From an uncultured Candidatus Saccharibacteria bacterium (GTDB lineage: Bacteria > Patescibacteriota > Minisyncoccia > Phycocordibacterales > UBA1006): a DNA stretch of 64,000 nt. Location: positions 79,541 through 143,540 of the forward strand of contig CAZQDL010000001.1 in the NCBI GenBank assembly GCA_964592365.1. Direction: 5' to 3'. This document shows, piece after piece, positions 54,910 through 64,000 of the stretch. The notes under the pieces were generated by a model. That model made no database searches. It was not told where the DNA came from and saw only the letters and a list, made by a program, of their open reading frames with translations. The translations under genes and the position numbers were made by a program. Numbering within the stretch: position 1 is the stretch's first letter; every line of letters begins with the position of its first letter.

Positions 54910-56637
54910 TTCTTGCCACAGGGAATAATACAATCCCTTCTTTTCAAGAAGCTCATCGTGCTTTCCTGATTCAGATATCACACCGTGTTTCAATACATAG
55001 ATAGTATCTGCATGCTTAACCGTCGTTAGTCTGTGAGCAATTATTATCATTATCAAGTGAGGATATTCTTCTCTGATATGTCGTATTGTTTCTGTAATAT
55101 CAGCTTCCGTTTTTACATCAAGACTAGAACTTGCTTCATCGAAGATAAGGACATCTGGTTTTCGTAACAAAGCACGAGCAATTGCAATTCGTTGTCGTTC
55201 ACCACCAGATAATTTGATGCCGTGTTCTCCTAGTACCGTATCTAAACCATCAGCACTTCTGTTAAGAATGTCTTGAGCTTGAGCTTTTGTAAGTGCATCA
55301 ATACATTCTTCATCACTGGCGTGAGGTGATACAAAAAGAAGATTCTCTCTGATAGTTCCAGCAAAAACTTGTGTATCTTGAGGTACATAACCAACATTTT
55401 CTCTAATTGATGTCATATCAAGATCATCTGTTGATATGTTATTAAAACGTACCTCACCTGAAGTAGGGGAATACAGACCTAAGATAAGTTTAATAATAGT
55501 TGATTTTCCAGCACCACTTCTTCCTACGATAGCGATGGTCTTTCCTGATTGGATATTCATATTAATACCACTTAAGGTTTCATGATTGCCGTAATTGAAA
55601 TGTAGATTTTCTAATGCAATATTACTAATTCCTTCAGCTTTTATACCACCACCAATTCTCAGTTGAATATTAGGTACTTGCTTCTGGAGTATCTTCGTTA
55701 CTTCTTGAATTGAAGCCATAGATTCTTGGTAACTTGAAACCAATATTGATATTTGAGACAGCGGACCAAAAACAAAGAAGCCATAAAACCAAAGGGTAAG
55801 GAATTCTCCTAAGCTAATTGATGCTTGTGCAATGAGAATCATCGATACAAGAATGATAAGAGAGCTAATGGTATTAACTAAGGTACCTTGAATGAAACTT
55901 AATCTTCTTAAAATAACAACTTTTTTGATTTCAAGATCAAGTATTTTTTTATTAACTTCATTTAAGCGATTTATTTCTTGATTTTCTAATCCAAGTGATT
56001 TTACTAATCCCACATTACTTAAAGTCTCAGTTGTCGATGCTGCAAGCTCCGCGGATGTTCTTACAATATTTTCTTGTGCTTTCTTTACTCCCTTACCTAC
56101 ATATGAAATGACTATACTTATGACAGGGATAGCAAGAACAAATACTAAAGCGATAAGTGGATGAACAGAAACGGCATAGATAAGTACAAAGATAATTCCG
56201 ATAAGTGAAAAGAAACCTATATTAATTAAATCAGTAATGAAATTCTTTGTAGTATCACGTGCTTTTTGCATCTTTTGAAGAAGTGAACCTGATTGTTCAT
56301 CTTCAAATACTTTGTAGGGTAATTCAAAAACTTTCTTAACATAGTTTGCATACAGAGAAGTTCCAATTTTTTCTGAAACTACGCTTACAAGATAATCTTG
56401 AAAAGCTTTTGCAATTCGTGAAATTAAAGCAAATGCAATGTATATAATTAGTAATATACTTACTCCTACGATAAATTCTCTTTCAGTAAATTGGGAAATA
56501 TTTGAAGCATAATCATCAATTATTTTTCCAAAAACTTGTGGATTTAGAAGGGAGAATATTTGATTTATACTTGCTGCAAGTAAAGCAAGTCCGAGAGCTA
56601 ATTTTTCTGTCTTAAAAAAGGAAAGTATATTTTTCAT
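54907..56637 (-). CDS. ABC transporter, fused permease/ATPase (MsbA-like exporter)
   Basis: Six TM helices at the N-terminus. Walker A GRSGAGKST, signature LSGGERQRIAIARAL, Walker B LIFDEASSSLD. Confidence 0.85.
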   Translation of the reverse strand: MKNILSFFKTEKLALGLALLAASINQIFSLLNPQVFGKIIDDYASNISQFTEREFIVGVSILLIIYIAFALISRIAKAFQDYLVSVVSEKIGTSLYANYVKKVFELPYKVFEDEQSGSLLQKMQKARDTTKNFITDLINIGFFSLIGIIFVLIYAVSVHPLIALVFVLAIPVISIVISYVGKGVKKAQENIVRTSAELAASTTETLSNVGLVKSLGLENQEINRLNEVNKKILDLEIKKVVILRRLSFIQGTLVNTISSLIILVSMILIAQASISLGEFLTLWFYGFFVFGPLSQISILVSSYQESMASIQEVTKILQKQVPNIQLRIGGGIKAEGISNIALENLHFNYGNHETLSGINMNIQSGKTIAIVGRSGAGKSTIIKLILGLYSPTSGEVRFNNISTDDLDMTSIRENVGYVPQDTQVFAGTIRENLLFVSPHASDEECIDALTKAQAQDILNRSADGLDTVLGEHGIKLSGGERQRIAIARALLRKPDVLIFDEASSSLDVKTEADITETIRHIREEYPHLIMIIIAHRLTTVKHADTIYVLKHGVISESGKHDELLEKKGLYYSLWQE

Positions 56638-56701
56638 ATGGTCATCATAGCCTAATAGCTGTTTATAGGAAATAAAAAGAAGCTCTCATGAGCTCCTTTT
56701 C

Positions 56702-56905
56702 TTATTCCCATTCGTCTTCTTCGTCTTCGTCTAGGTCATCAAAATCCTCTAGATCATTATCTTCTTCTTCATCATCATCAAACTCATCCTCCATGTCCTC
56801 GTCATATTCTTCTTCAATAGGGTATCCATCTTCATCGTACTGCATTGTTAAGAAGGCATTCCCCCAAAGATTAATGTCTAATATATTCATCATGGTAATT
56901 GTCAT
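56702..56905 (-). CDS. Small highly acidic protein (67 aa, D/E-rich)
   Basis: GAA/GAT-rich codons read in the minus sense, and a terminator hairpin at 56676..56695 placed for the minus strand. The overlapping plus-strand Ser-rich ORF (56688..56930) is rejected. Confidence 0.35.
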   Translation of the reverse strand: MTITMMNILDINLWGNAFLTMQYDEDGYPIEEEYDEDMEDEFDDDEEEDNDLEDFDDLDEDEEDEWE

Positions 56906-57037
56906 AATGGTATTACGTAATTCAATATAAATAAGATTAATAACCTAGAAACTAGGTTGAGGGAATTATTTCAGATTTCAGGAAAAAATACAAATAGTTT
57001 TACTTGGTTTTTTCTATTCTGTTGGTAAACTCAATGT

Positions 57038-58186
57038 ATGAAAAAAAAACTTGTAATTGTAGGTGCTGGTTTTGCTGGCAGATTTACCTATCTTTCTCTT
57101 TCAAAAGCTGTTCGTAATCACTATTCAATTACTATCATTGATAATGATGATCATTTCCTATTCACTCCTCTCCTCCATGAAGTTGCTGTAGGAGGAATCA
57201 CTAAAGAAAGTGTTTGTCAGGATATCCATAGTTTCGTTGATTCATCTACGACTGTTTTAGTTGATAGGGTAGTTGCCTTTGATCATGTAAATCAGTTAGT
57301 AACCCTAGAACAAGGTGAAACTATCAACTATGACTGTCTTGTTTTTGCTATCGGTTCAAAAACTAATTTCTTTAGTACAAAAGGAGCTGAAGAGCATAGT
57401 AGTGTTCTAAAAAATGTACAAAATGCTTTGGATATAAAAGCAAAGGTTACTCAACTTATCGCATCTCAAAGAAAAGGAGTAATTAATGTTATTGGTGGTG
57501 GACCAACAGGAATAGAGCTTGCCTGTGAACTCGCTGACTGGCTACATCAAAAAAACTCTATTTTAGAAGTTAAGGTATACAACGGCGGTCCATCAATATT
57601 AGGTCCTTTTAGTGAAACATCTCAACAATATGCACAAGAAGTTTTAAAGAAGAAAGGTGTTTTTGTTTTTAACAATATACGTATCACTGAACTTTCTGAA
57701 GATACTATTTACTCAAGTGAAGGTGATGCATTCCCAAGCTCCTTAACCATTTGGGCTGCTGGAGTTCAACCAGAAGTTGTTGATAGCAAACATGATATTT
57801 TACATGTAAACCATCGACTTCAGGTAAATGAATGTTTAACCCTTCCTGATAATGAAAAGGTGTTTGTTTTAGGAGATGTTGCTTTAGCTCCTACCTCAGA
57901 TCAAAAGGGATTCCCAATGCTTGCACAAGTTGCAAAACAACAGGGGATACATACTGCTAAAAATATTGAACGTCAAATATTGAATAAACCACTTATTCCT
58001 TTTAAATATGTTCATAGAGGAAGTCTAGCTTCCTTAGGCCACTATCATGCAATTGTTGAAATTGGAAATATCAAAATATATGGTTTCTTTGCTTGGTTAA
58101 TTTGGAAAGCTCTCTACCTTATTACTTTCAATTCAATGAAGCACAGATTCACCCTCTTAAAAGAGTGGAATAAAAAACGATCCTAG
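57038..58186 (+). CDS. ndh: Type II NADH dehydrogenase (NDH-2), an FAD-dependent pyridine nucleotide-disulfide oxidoreductase
   Basis: FAD-binding GxGxxG motif KLVIVGAGFAG, NAD-binding VIGGGPTGIELA, and a C-terminal amphipathic or membrane segment. Confidence 0.75.
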   Translation: MKKKLVIVGAGFAGRFTYLSLSKAVRNHYSITIIDNDDHFLFTPLLHEVAVGGITKESVCQDIHSFVDSSTTVLVDRVVAFDHVNQLVTLEQGETINYDCLVFAIGSKTNFFSTKGAEEHSSVLKNVQNALDIKAKVTQLIASQRKGVINVIGGGPTGIELACELADWLHQKNSILEVKVYNGGPSILGPFSETSQQYAQEVLKKKGVFVFNNIRITELSEDTIYSSEGDAFPSSLTIWAAGVQPEVVDSKHDILHVNHRLQVNECLTLPDNEKVFVLGDVALAPTSDQKGFPMLAQVAKQQGIHTAKNIERQILNKPLIPFKYVHRGSLASLGHYHAIVEIGNIKIYGFFAWLIWKALYLITFNSMKHRFTLLKEWNKKRS

Positions 58187-58197
58187 GATCGTTTTTT
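58173..58197. terminator. Bidirectional terminator (AAAAACGATCC-TA-GGATCGTTTTT)
   Basis: Perfect palindrome. Confidence 0.6.
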
Positions 58198-58199
58198 AT

Positions 58200-59111
58200 T
58201 TAGTGGTCATGGTGATCTTCTTCAACATGATCTTCATGAAAATCATGTTCATGCTCTTCTTCGGTATGATATACCTCGTCATGAGCATGGTCATGTCCTT
58301 CTCCTCCATGTTCATGTCCGAAGCTTTGGCTAATTGTTAGCATAATGAGAATTCCTATAACAAAGGCAGCAGACATCGAAGCTCGCTTCTTTGACTGGAT
58401 AACTTCTTTCAGTGGGAATAGATCAGTAAATACGATTCCTAGGAAAAAAGTTGATGTCGCTCCAAGCATATATGCTTGAATAGACTCAGTTGTTATTAAT
58501 GCTAATCCTAAACCAATTCCTACGAATATAGAAAGTGCTGTAGCAACATTTCTATATACTGCTTCAGTATTGGTATATCCTGATTTTTTTAGAACAATAA
58601 ATTCAGAAATTTCTTGAGGAATCTCATGTAAGGCAATTGAAATTGCATTTGAGATACCGATACCGATTCCAAAACCAAAGGAACTTACGAGAAGTAACCC
58701 ATCTGCAATATTATGAAGGGTATCCCCAATTAATATTTTCCAAGCAGATTGCTTTTTATGCTCATGATGATGATCACTATTATCTCCATGACGATGGTGA
58801 TTAAATATTTCATGGATCAAAAGATAGAGGAGAAGTCCTATGGCGAAAGCCATGAGGGCTTGTTGAAGAGGAAGTAGTTTTAATGTTTCGAACATTAGAA
58901 GTACACTCGTTACGATAAATACTCCTCCACTGAGAGCTGAAAGTGATAGTAAATTGTTATTAACGAAGTTAGCTAAACGCTTAGAACTTTTTATAACGGC
59001 AATCCCTGCCATTGAAGCTGATGCAATAACAAGGGCACTTAATATAATATAATGTAATGCTGACATGCATCTAATATACGATAGAAACATATTTTTGCAA
59101 ATATTTTGCAA
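58200..59111 (-). CDS. zupT: ZIP-family zinc transporter (ZupT-like) with a His-rich C-terminus
   Basis: ZIP motifs HNIADGL and HEIPQEISEF. C-terminus HEHGGEGHDHAHDE…HDH. The exact start is uncertain; alternative Mets lie 8 and 16 codons in. Confidence 0.7.
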   Translation of the reverse strand: MQNICKNMFLSYIRCMSALHYIILSALVIASASMAGIAVIKSSKRLANFVNNNLLSLSALSGGVFIVTSVLLMFETLKLLPLQQALMAFAIGLLLYLLIHEIFNHHRHGDNSDHHHEHKKQSAWKILIGDTLHNIADGLLLVSSFGFGIGIGISNAISIALHEIPQEISEFIVLKKSGYTNTEAVYRNVATALSIFVGIGLGLALITTESIQAYMLGATSTFFLGIVFTDLFPLKEVIQSKKRASMSAAFVIGILIMLTISQSFGHEHGGEGHDHAHDEVYHTEEEHEHDFHEDHVEEDHHDH

Positions 59112-59112
59112 A
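59086..59112. promoter_or_regulatory. Candidate Zur (Fur-family) operator: tandem palindromes TTTTGCAAA-TATT-TTGCAAAA in the zupT/zur divergent region
   Basis: The 21 bp near-palindrome was read directly. It lies between, and overlaps, the -10 regions of the zupT and zur promoters. Confidence 0.45.
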
Positions 59113-59129
59113 AATATATACTACCCTAT

Positions 59130-59525
59130 ATGAAGGAATTATTAAAAAGAAACAAGCTTTCAGCTACATCAGCACGGATTGAAATGCTTCAATCATTAAA
59201 GGAAGCACATATTCCAATGACTATAGAAATGATTCGAGATGTTATGAAACAGCAAGTGAGCCCCTCAACCTTGTACCGTAGTCTGAAGGCTATGGTTGAT
59301 GCTGGTATTATATATCAAACTGATTTCAGAGAAGGTGTGTCATACTATGAATATCAAGGAACATCGCATCATCACCATGTAACCTGCACATCGTGTAAAC
59401 AACAAGAAGAGGTACCCTTGTGCTTTGTTGCTGATATACAATCACTTAAACAACACACATCATTTACCATTACTAGCCATATCATAGAATTTTTTGGATT
59501 ATGCAAAAATTGCTCACAACATTAA
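59130..59525 (+). CDS. zur: Fur-family transcriptional regulator (probably Zur)
   Basis: Winged helix (ARIEMLQSLKEAHIPMTIEMI), metal-site motifs HHHH…C..C…C..C, divergent from zupT. The ATG at 59130 lies 7 nt after TATACT. Confidence 0.7.
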   Translation: MKELLKRNKLSATSARIEMLQSLKEAHIPMTIEMIRDVMKQQVSPSTLYRSLKAMVDAGIIYQTDFREGVSYYEYQGTSHHHHVTCTSCKQQEEVPLCFVADIQSLKQHTSFTITSHIIEFFGLCKNCSQH

Positions 59526-60574
59526 TAATTGGAATTTACTTTTTTCTACCTAACCTTATTCACGCTCAGAATGTTGAAGGATTTCAAAGCGAATATGTAA
59601 AAATTGAAATTACCGGAAAGGAGCAAACTGATACTTATTCAGATCTCTTTTATTATCAGGGGGTAAATAGAAAAGGGGAGGTTATTGAATTTGAAGCGGT
59701 AGAGGATCATATTACTATTGGTTCAGAAGTGTACCTAGAACATTTTATTGATGCTGATGAGTATGTATTTGTTACTACAGATAGAACAGAAGTTATTATT
59801 GCTTTGGTACTTCTCTTTATACTTCTTGTTTTGTGGTTTACTGGAAAAAAAGGTGTTCGTGCATTGGTATCTTTGTTAGGTTCTTTTCTTCTTCTCATCT
59901 TTGGTTTAATTCCATTACTTCTTAAGGGTTATGACCCATTATTGATTTCACTAGGATTTGGTACCTTAATTCTTTTTTTGAGCATTTTTGTGACTCATGG
60001 ATTTACTCGACAAAGTGCGATCTCTTTCATCGGATCTGGTTTTTCAATTGTAATTGCAACCTTACTCGTTGTTGCTCTAACTAATTTTGGTTCTTTTAGT
60101 GGTATTACTGATCACAGTGCTTTTTTCCTCTCACAATATTCTGATGTTCAAATAAATTTCATACGTCTCTTTAGTGCCGCTGTTATTATTGGTACCTTAG
60201 GAGTTCTTGATGATATTACTATCACTCAAGTTTCAATTGTTCGTGAACTTGCACATTCATCAAATGAAAAAAGATCAGTTATGTTTGCTCGAGCCCTTCG
60301 TGTAGGAAAAGATCATATTAGTTCTTTGGTAAACACTCTTGTGTTCGCGTATGTTGGTTCTGCGCTTCCCTTAATTATGTTTGCAACTGAAGTTGATACT
60401 CCTTTTATGATATTAATTTCTCAAGAATTTATTGCCGCTGAAATAGTGAGAACTTTCGTGGGAGCAATAGCTCTTATCATTGCCGTACCTATCACTACTT
60501 GGTGTGCATGTTACCCATTCTTCTCATATCTAAAAAAGGATAGTTCTCGTCATGAGCATCATCACCATCATTAA
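59501..60574 (+). CDS. YibE/F-family membrane protein with a His-rich C-terminus
   Basis: Signal peptide, a ~90 aa extracellular domain, then about 8 TM helices. C-terminus HEHHHHH. Confidence 0.5.
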   Translation: MQKLLTTLIIGIYFFLPNLIHAQNVEGFQSEYVKIEITGKEQTDTYSDLFYYQGVNRKGEVIEFEAVEDHITIGSEVYLEHFIDADEYVFVTTDRTEVIIALVLLFILLVLWFTGKKGVRALVSLLGSFLLLIFGLIPLLLKGYDPLLISLGFGTLILFLSIFVTHGFTRQSAISFIGSGFSIVIATLLVVALTNFGSFSGITDHSAFFLSQYSDVQINFIRLFSAAVIIGTLGVLDDITITQVSIVRELAHSSNEKRSVMFARALRVGKDHISSLVNTLVFAYVGSALPLIMFATEVDTPFMILISQEFIAAEIVRTFVGAIALIIAVPITTWCACYPFFSYLKKDSSRHEHHHHH

Positions 60575-60600
60575 TAAATTTACTAAGTGAGTAGCTTAGG

Positions 60601-60606
60601 TATACT
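60601..60606 (+). promoter_or_regulatory. -10 box TATACT, 6 nt upstream of the tyrS ATG
   Basis: AGGTATACT-N6-ATG. Confidence 0.45.
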
Positions 60607-60612
60607 GTTATT

Positions 60613-61800
60613 ATGAATTATGATCAGCAACTTATCGAAACAATAGTTAGCCGCGGTGTTGAAAGAGTTTTTCCTAATGAGGATTTTCTTCGTTCTCGTC
60701 TATCTTCTGGTGAACAGCTAAAGATATATCTAGGAATTGATCCAACGGGGCCAACCTTACATATGGGGCATGTAATTCCTTTGATAAAACTTAGCCAATT
60801 ACAAAAAGCAGGGCATAAGATCATTCTCCTTATCGGGGATTTTACTGCTCGTATTGGTGATCCAGATAAGAATAGTGTACGAAAGCAGCTTAGTCACCAA
60901 GAAGTATTAGAGAATGCAAAGCTATATCAAAAACAGGCATCACGATTTTTAGATTTTGAAGGTGAAAATAAAGCAGAACTTAAATACAACGGAGAATGGT
61001 TAGATGCTATGAATTTCCAAGATGTTCTGAAGCTATCTTCTCAGATGACCGTACAAAGAATGCTAGATAGGGATATGTTTAGAAGAAGAATGGAAGAAGG
61101 ATCTCCTATTTATCTTCATGAATTTATGTACCCTTTGATGCAAGGATATGATTCTGTTGCCATGGAAGTTGATGGTGAGGTCGGAGGAAATGATCAAACT
61201 TTTAATATGCTCGTAGGGAGAGATTTATTAAAAAACATTGAACCACCCAAAGAAAAGTTTGTAATACCAATGAAACTTCTTGTGGATGAAAAAGGAGAAA
61301 AAATGGGAAAGACTACTGGAAACATGATTTCTTTTCTCGATGGAGCAGAACTTATGTTCAAGAAAATCATGACATGGTCAGATGACATGATTCTTCTTGG
61401 TTTTGAACTATTAACTGATGTTGATTTAAATAGTGTAAGTAAGCGTCTTGCTTCAGAAGAAAATCCACGAGATATAAAGTTTGATCTAGCCTCTGCAATT
61501 GTTGCTAGATTCCATGGAGAAGAATCAGCTTCAAGTGCAAAAGAAATTTGGATTAATGATGTTCAGCAAGATGCTGTTCCTCTTGATATTCCACAGATTG
61601 ATGATCAAGGAGAGATCATTGATACCTTAGTTTCTGCAAGCAACGAAAGCCGCTCACAAATAAAAAGACTATTTGATGAAGGAGCAGTTAAGGTAAATGG
61701 TGAAAAAGTTACAACAGAATATATATTAGTTTCAGGTGATATTATCCAATTAGGAAAGAAACGTTGGTATCAAATTGTAGGTAATAACTTGCAGAAATAA
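60613..61800 (+). CDS. tyrS: Tyrosyl-tRNA synthetase
   Basis: HIGH motif (HMGH in PTLHMGHVIPL), KMSKS motif (KMGKT), and a C-terminal S4-like domain. Confidence 0.9.
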   Translation: MNYDQQLIETIVSRGVERVFPNEDFLRSRLSSGEQLKIYLGIDPTGPTLHMGHVIPLIKLSQLQKAGHKIILLIGDFTARIGDPDKNSVRKQLSHQEVLENAKLYQKQASRFLDFEGENKAELKYNGEWLDAMNFQDVLKLSSQMTVQRMLDRDMFRRRMEEGSPIYLHEFMYPLMQGYDSVAMEVDGEVGGNDQTFNMLVGRDLLKNIEPPKEKFVIPMKLLVDEKGEKMGKTTGNMISFLDGAELMFKKIMTWSDDMILLGFELLTDVDLNSVSKRLASEENPRDIKFDLASAIVARFHGEESASSAKEIWINDVQQDAVPLDIPQIDDQGEIIDTLVSASNESRSQIKRLFDEGAVKVNGEKVTTEYILVSGDIIQLGKKRWYQIVGNNLQK

Positions 61801-61825
61801 GAGTGCAGTCATATACTTCATACAT

Positions 61826-62482
61826 ATGGGAAATACATCAAAAAAATACAGAAATAAAAAGTTAGCGAACATTGGTATCGCTGCTATCATTATCATATTA
61901 GTAGTTTCATTCTTTGTTTCACAATCAAGTAAAACCGTTGATCCATCAACTTTTGCAGATGTTGAAGTTCAAGCAATTGAACCAAGACTACGTGGTAACG
62001 AAGCATCAGAAATTGTTCTTACTAAATATTCTGACTTTCAATGTCCAGCTTGTGCTCAAGCATCAGTTGCCATTAAGAGTCTAAATGAACAATTTGGAGA
62101 TCAATTTGTACTTGAATACAAACACCTTCCTTTACGTTCAATTCACCCAAATGCTCAGATTGCAGCACAGGCTTCAGAAGCAGCTGGAATGCAGGGGAAA
62201 TTCTGGGAAATGCATGATCTTCTTTTTGAAAAACAATCAGAATGGTCACGAGCTCTAAATCCTAAAAAGGTATTTAACGAATATGCGGTAGAACTAGGTT
62301 TGAATCCAGATCGATTCGATTTTGATTTAGATTCTGAAGAAGTGAAAGAAAAAGTTAATAGTGATGCAGAAGAAGCTCAGGCTCTTGGATTCAGTGGAAC
62401 ACCATCATTCACGGTAAATGGAGAAGTATCAAGCTTCGATGAATTCTTTGGAATGTTAGATGTTGAAGTAGTAGAAGAATAA
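61826..62482 (+). CDS. DsbA-like thioredoxin-fold protein, membrane-anchored
   Basis: N-terminal TM helix and the CxxC motif FQCPACAQ. Confidence 0.65.
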   Translation: MGNTSKKYRNKKLANIGIAAIIIILVVSFFVSQSSKTVDPSTFADVEVQAIEPRLRGNEASEIVLTKYSDFQCPACAQASVAIKSLNEQFGDQFVLEYKHLPLRSIHPNAQIAAQASEAAGMQGKFWEMHDLLFEKQSEWSRALNPKKVFNEYAVELGLNPDRFDFDLDSEEVKEKVNSDAEEAQALGFSGTPSFTVNGEVSSFDEFFGMLDVEVVEE

Positions 62483-62506
62483 AAACCCGTTATGGGTTTT
62501 TTTCGT
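62483..62506 (+). terminator. Terminator (AAAAACCCGT-TA-TGGGTTTTTTT)
   Basis: Read directly. Confidence 0.6.
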
Positions 62507-62539
62507 GACAGGAATATTTGATTTGTGTAGAGTATTAGT

Positions 62540-63544
62540 ATGTTGATTCAACGAGATGTAGAACTAAGTACTTTTAGTACCTTTATGGTACAAGCACGTG
62601 CCTTATATTTTGCCACTATTACAAAAAAAGAAGATTTTTCTGAATTAATAGATTCTTCAGAATGGCAAGAAGTTGATCATTACTTTTTAGGAGAAGGGAG
62701 CAATACTTTGTTCATCGGAACAATTGAAAAGCTATTAATTAAAAATGAAATAAAAGGATTAGAAGTCTTAGAGGAAAATGATTCAGAAGTTATTCTTCGA
62801 GTTGGAGGAGGTGAATTATGGAATGACTTTGTGATTTTTTGTATAGATCAACATTATTGGGGAGTAGAAAATCTTATTCTCATTCCCGGAACCGTTGGTG
62901 CTGCTCCAGTTCAAAATATTGGAGCATATGGAGCTGAAGTTTCAGATACCATTGTTGGAATAGAATATATTGATACTAAATCAGGAAGTGATGGTTTTTT
63001 TGAGAATGAACAATGTATGTTTGGGTATAGGGATTCAATTTTCAAAAAATACCCTGGTGATTTTTTTATCACTCACGTACATTTCAAACTTTCTAAAAAA
63101 GCTAATCCAAAGGTACATTATGACAGAGTAGAAGAGGTACTTGGATCAAAGGAACATAGCATTGAAAATATTGCTGAATCAATTGTTTCTATACGTGATT
63201 CAAAACTACCAAGAATTGGTAGCCTTGGAACGGTAGGAAGTTTTTTCAAGAATCCAGTTGTATCAAAAGAGGATGCACAGAAGATGTTGGAAAAATACCC
63301 GCAGATGAAACAATTTCAAGTAGAAGCAGGAGTAAAAATATCTGCAGCTTGGTTACTTGATTATCTTGGTTACAAAGGAAAAAAGGAAAAACATGTAGGG
63401 ATGTATGAAAAGCATGCAATGGTTGTGGTTAATTATGGTGGTGCAACAGGAGAAGAAGTTGAGCATTTCTATCAAGGTGCCATTTCAGATGTATATGCTG
63501 AATTTGGAATTATTCTGGAACCAGAGATTAATATTGTGAGATAA
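62540..63544 (+). CDS. murB: UDP-N-acetylenolpyruvoylglucosamine reductase
   Basis: FAD-binding region (LGEGSNTLF) and the C-terminal MurB motifs (AAWLLDYLGYKG…KHAMVVVN). Confidence 0.75.
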   Translation: MLIQRDVELSTFSTFMVQARALYFATITKKEDFSELIDSSEWQEVDHYFLGEGSNTLFIGTIEKLLIKNEIKGLEVLEENDSEVILRVGGGELWNDFVIFCIDQHYWGVENLILIPGTVGAAPVQNIGAYGAEVSDTIVGIEYIDTKSGSDGFFENEQCMFGYRDSIFKKYPGDFFITHVHFKLSKKANPKVHYDRVEEVLGSKEHSIENIAESIVSIRDSKLPRIGSLGTVGSFFKNPVVSKEDAQKMLEKYPQMKQFQVEAGVKISAAWLLDYLGYKGKKEKHVGMYEKHAMVVVNYGGATGEEVEHFYQGAISDVYAEFGIILEPEINIVR

Positions 63545-63570
63545 GCGTTGCTTATCTTTTTTGATATACT
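63541..63570 (+). promoter_or_regulatory. Terminator hairpin (ATAAGC-GTT-GCTTAT plus T6) fused to an extended -10 box TGATATACT, 6 nt upstream of the ATG at 63577
   Basis: The canonical terminator/leaderless-promoter junction in this genome. Confidence 0.5.
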
Positions 63571-63576
63571 TTAAGT

Positions 63577-64000
63577 ATGATACTTCCTTCGTTATCTCAA
63601 TATACACACACGCGACCAGAACGTTATGATTTTGAACCCCCCTATTTAATTCCTGATATGAGAGAGTATGCTTCCTTTTGGAATACGATATATCATCGTT
63701 TGAATAGTCTTTCGTATTCGTCACCACTTGATACTGATGTTTTTGATTATATTAATACTGATATTGGATTTTATGGACCTAGACCTCATCCTAATAATCC
63801 TGCAAGAAAATATTTTCATATTGGTATCCAACTTGATATCCCTAAGGGAGCCAAGGTTACTCCAGTACTTGATGGAATATTAGAGTATTCTGGATATGGA
63901 GCAATTAACGGCTATTATGTTTTGCTTTCTCATCCTGATATACGAACTGAAGATGGTTATATTCTTCATACGATGTACTGCCACCTTAAAAAACCAGCAA
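63577..64000 (+). CDS. M23-family (LytM-like) metallopeptidase, 3'-truncated at the window edge
   Basis: HIGIQLD…GYGAINGYYVLLSHPD…LHTMYCHL matches the M23 signature. The ORF runs off the window, which is why the ORF track lacks it. Confidence 0.65.
   Translation, partial: MILPSLSQYTHTRPERYDFEPPYLIPDMREYASFWNTIYHRLNSLSYSSPLDTDVFDYINTDIGFYGPRPHPNNPARKYFHIGIQLDIPKGAKVTPVLDGILEYSGYGAINGYYVLLSHPDIRTEDGYILHTMYCHLKKPA

Noticed and set aside
56688-56930. Plus-strand Ser-rich 80 aa ORF
   Set aside because: It is the complement of a GAA/GAT-rich acidic ORF. The terminator hairpin is oriented for the minus-strand gene and the low-complexity poly-Ser product is less plausible. It is kept only as the alternative reading in the findings.

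Overview
This 64 kb window is AT-rich bacterial chromosome. The gene content points to a reduced-genome fermentative bacterium of the Patescibacteria/CPR type: there are three type IV pilin-like paralogues, a phosphoketolase/acetate kinase pair and very short intergenic regions. That assignment is inference from content only.

The first and last ~14 kb and ~30 kb are mostly housekeeping. They hold a 5'-truncated surface protein, tsaE, polA, a holA-like gene, a Ca/Na antiporter, tRNA-Lys, a SpoU methyltransferase, ruvA, an RluA-family gene, rplS, a VKOR-like gene, a DEAD-box helicase, a split PIN-PhoH gene, xfp, ackA, alr, an MsbA-like ABC exporter, ndh, a zupT/zur/yibEF zinc cluster, tyrS, a dsbA-like gene, murB and a partial M23 peptidase.

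An accessory island of about 20 kb begins immediately 3' of a tRNA-His gene and runs from roughly 14.0 to 34.7 kb. It has two parts.

1. A restriction-modification-like defence module with an unusual architecture. A small excisionase-family HTH gene comes first. It is followed by a methyltransferase-like ORF that has the SAM-binding motifs but lacks the catalytic NPPY, then a gamma-class N6-adenine methyltransferase with NPPY. The next gene is an 834 aa ResIII-type SF2 helicase whose nuclease module appears to be an N-terminal T5orf172/GIY-YIG-like domain instead of the usual C-terminal PD-(D/E)xK. A convergent standalone T5orf172 protein closes the module.

2. A cassette-like array of small secreted, membrane, pilin-like and RhuM/Fic genes. 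It is punctuated by at least nine copies of a ~30-45 bp intergenic repeat. The left half of the repeat is GTTCCGTATCCTAACCACAAACTGACC; the full form is an imperfect palindrome, GTATCCTAACC-N17-GGTTAGGATAC. In most copies a rho-independent terminator follows within ~3-45 bp of the repeat. Two pilin-like genes in this array share a ~200 bp near-identical promoter plus N-terminus segment that begins exactly at the repeat, which suggests recombination between cassettes.

One signal runs across the whole window. Genes repeatedly show a terminator hairpin, a T-run, an extended -10 box (TGATATACT, TATACT or TATAAT) and then an ATG only 6-9 nt downstream. This implies leaderless or near-leaderless mRNAs, and it explains several artefactual in-frame TTG starts in the supplied ORF track.

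Other points worth a second look:
- a MazG-like gene next to a GIY-YIG-DUF2075 ATPase;
- a candidate Zur operator, a double TTTGCAAA palindrome, between the divergent zupT and zur;
- a pseudogene frameshifted inside an A7 run;
- a 12 bp tandem repeat encoding an acidic tail on ribosomal protein L19.

No rRNA, CRISPR array, integrase or transposase was seen.
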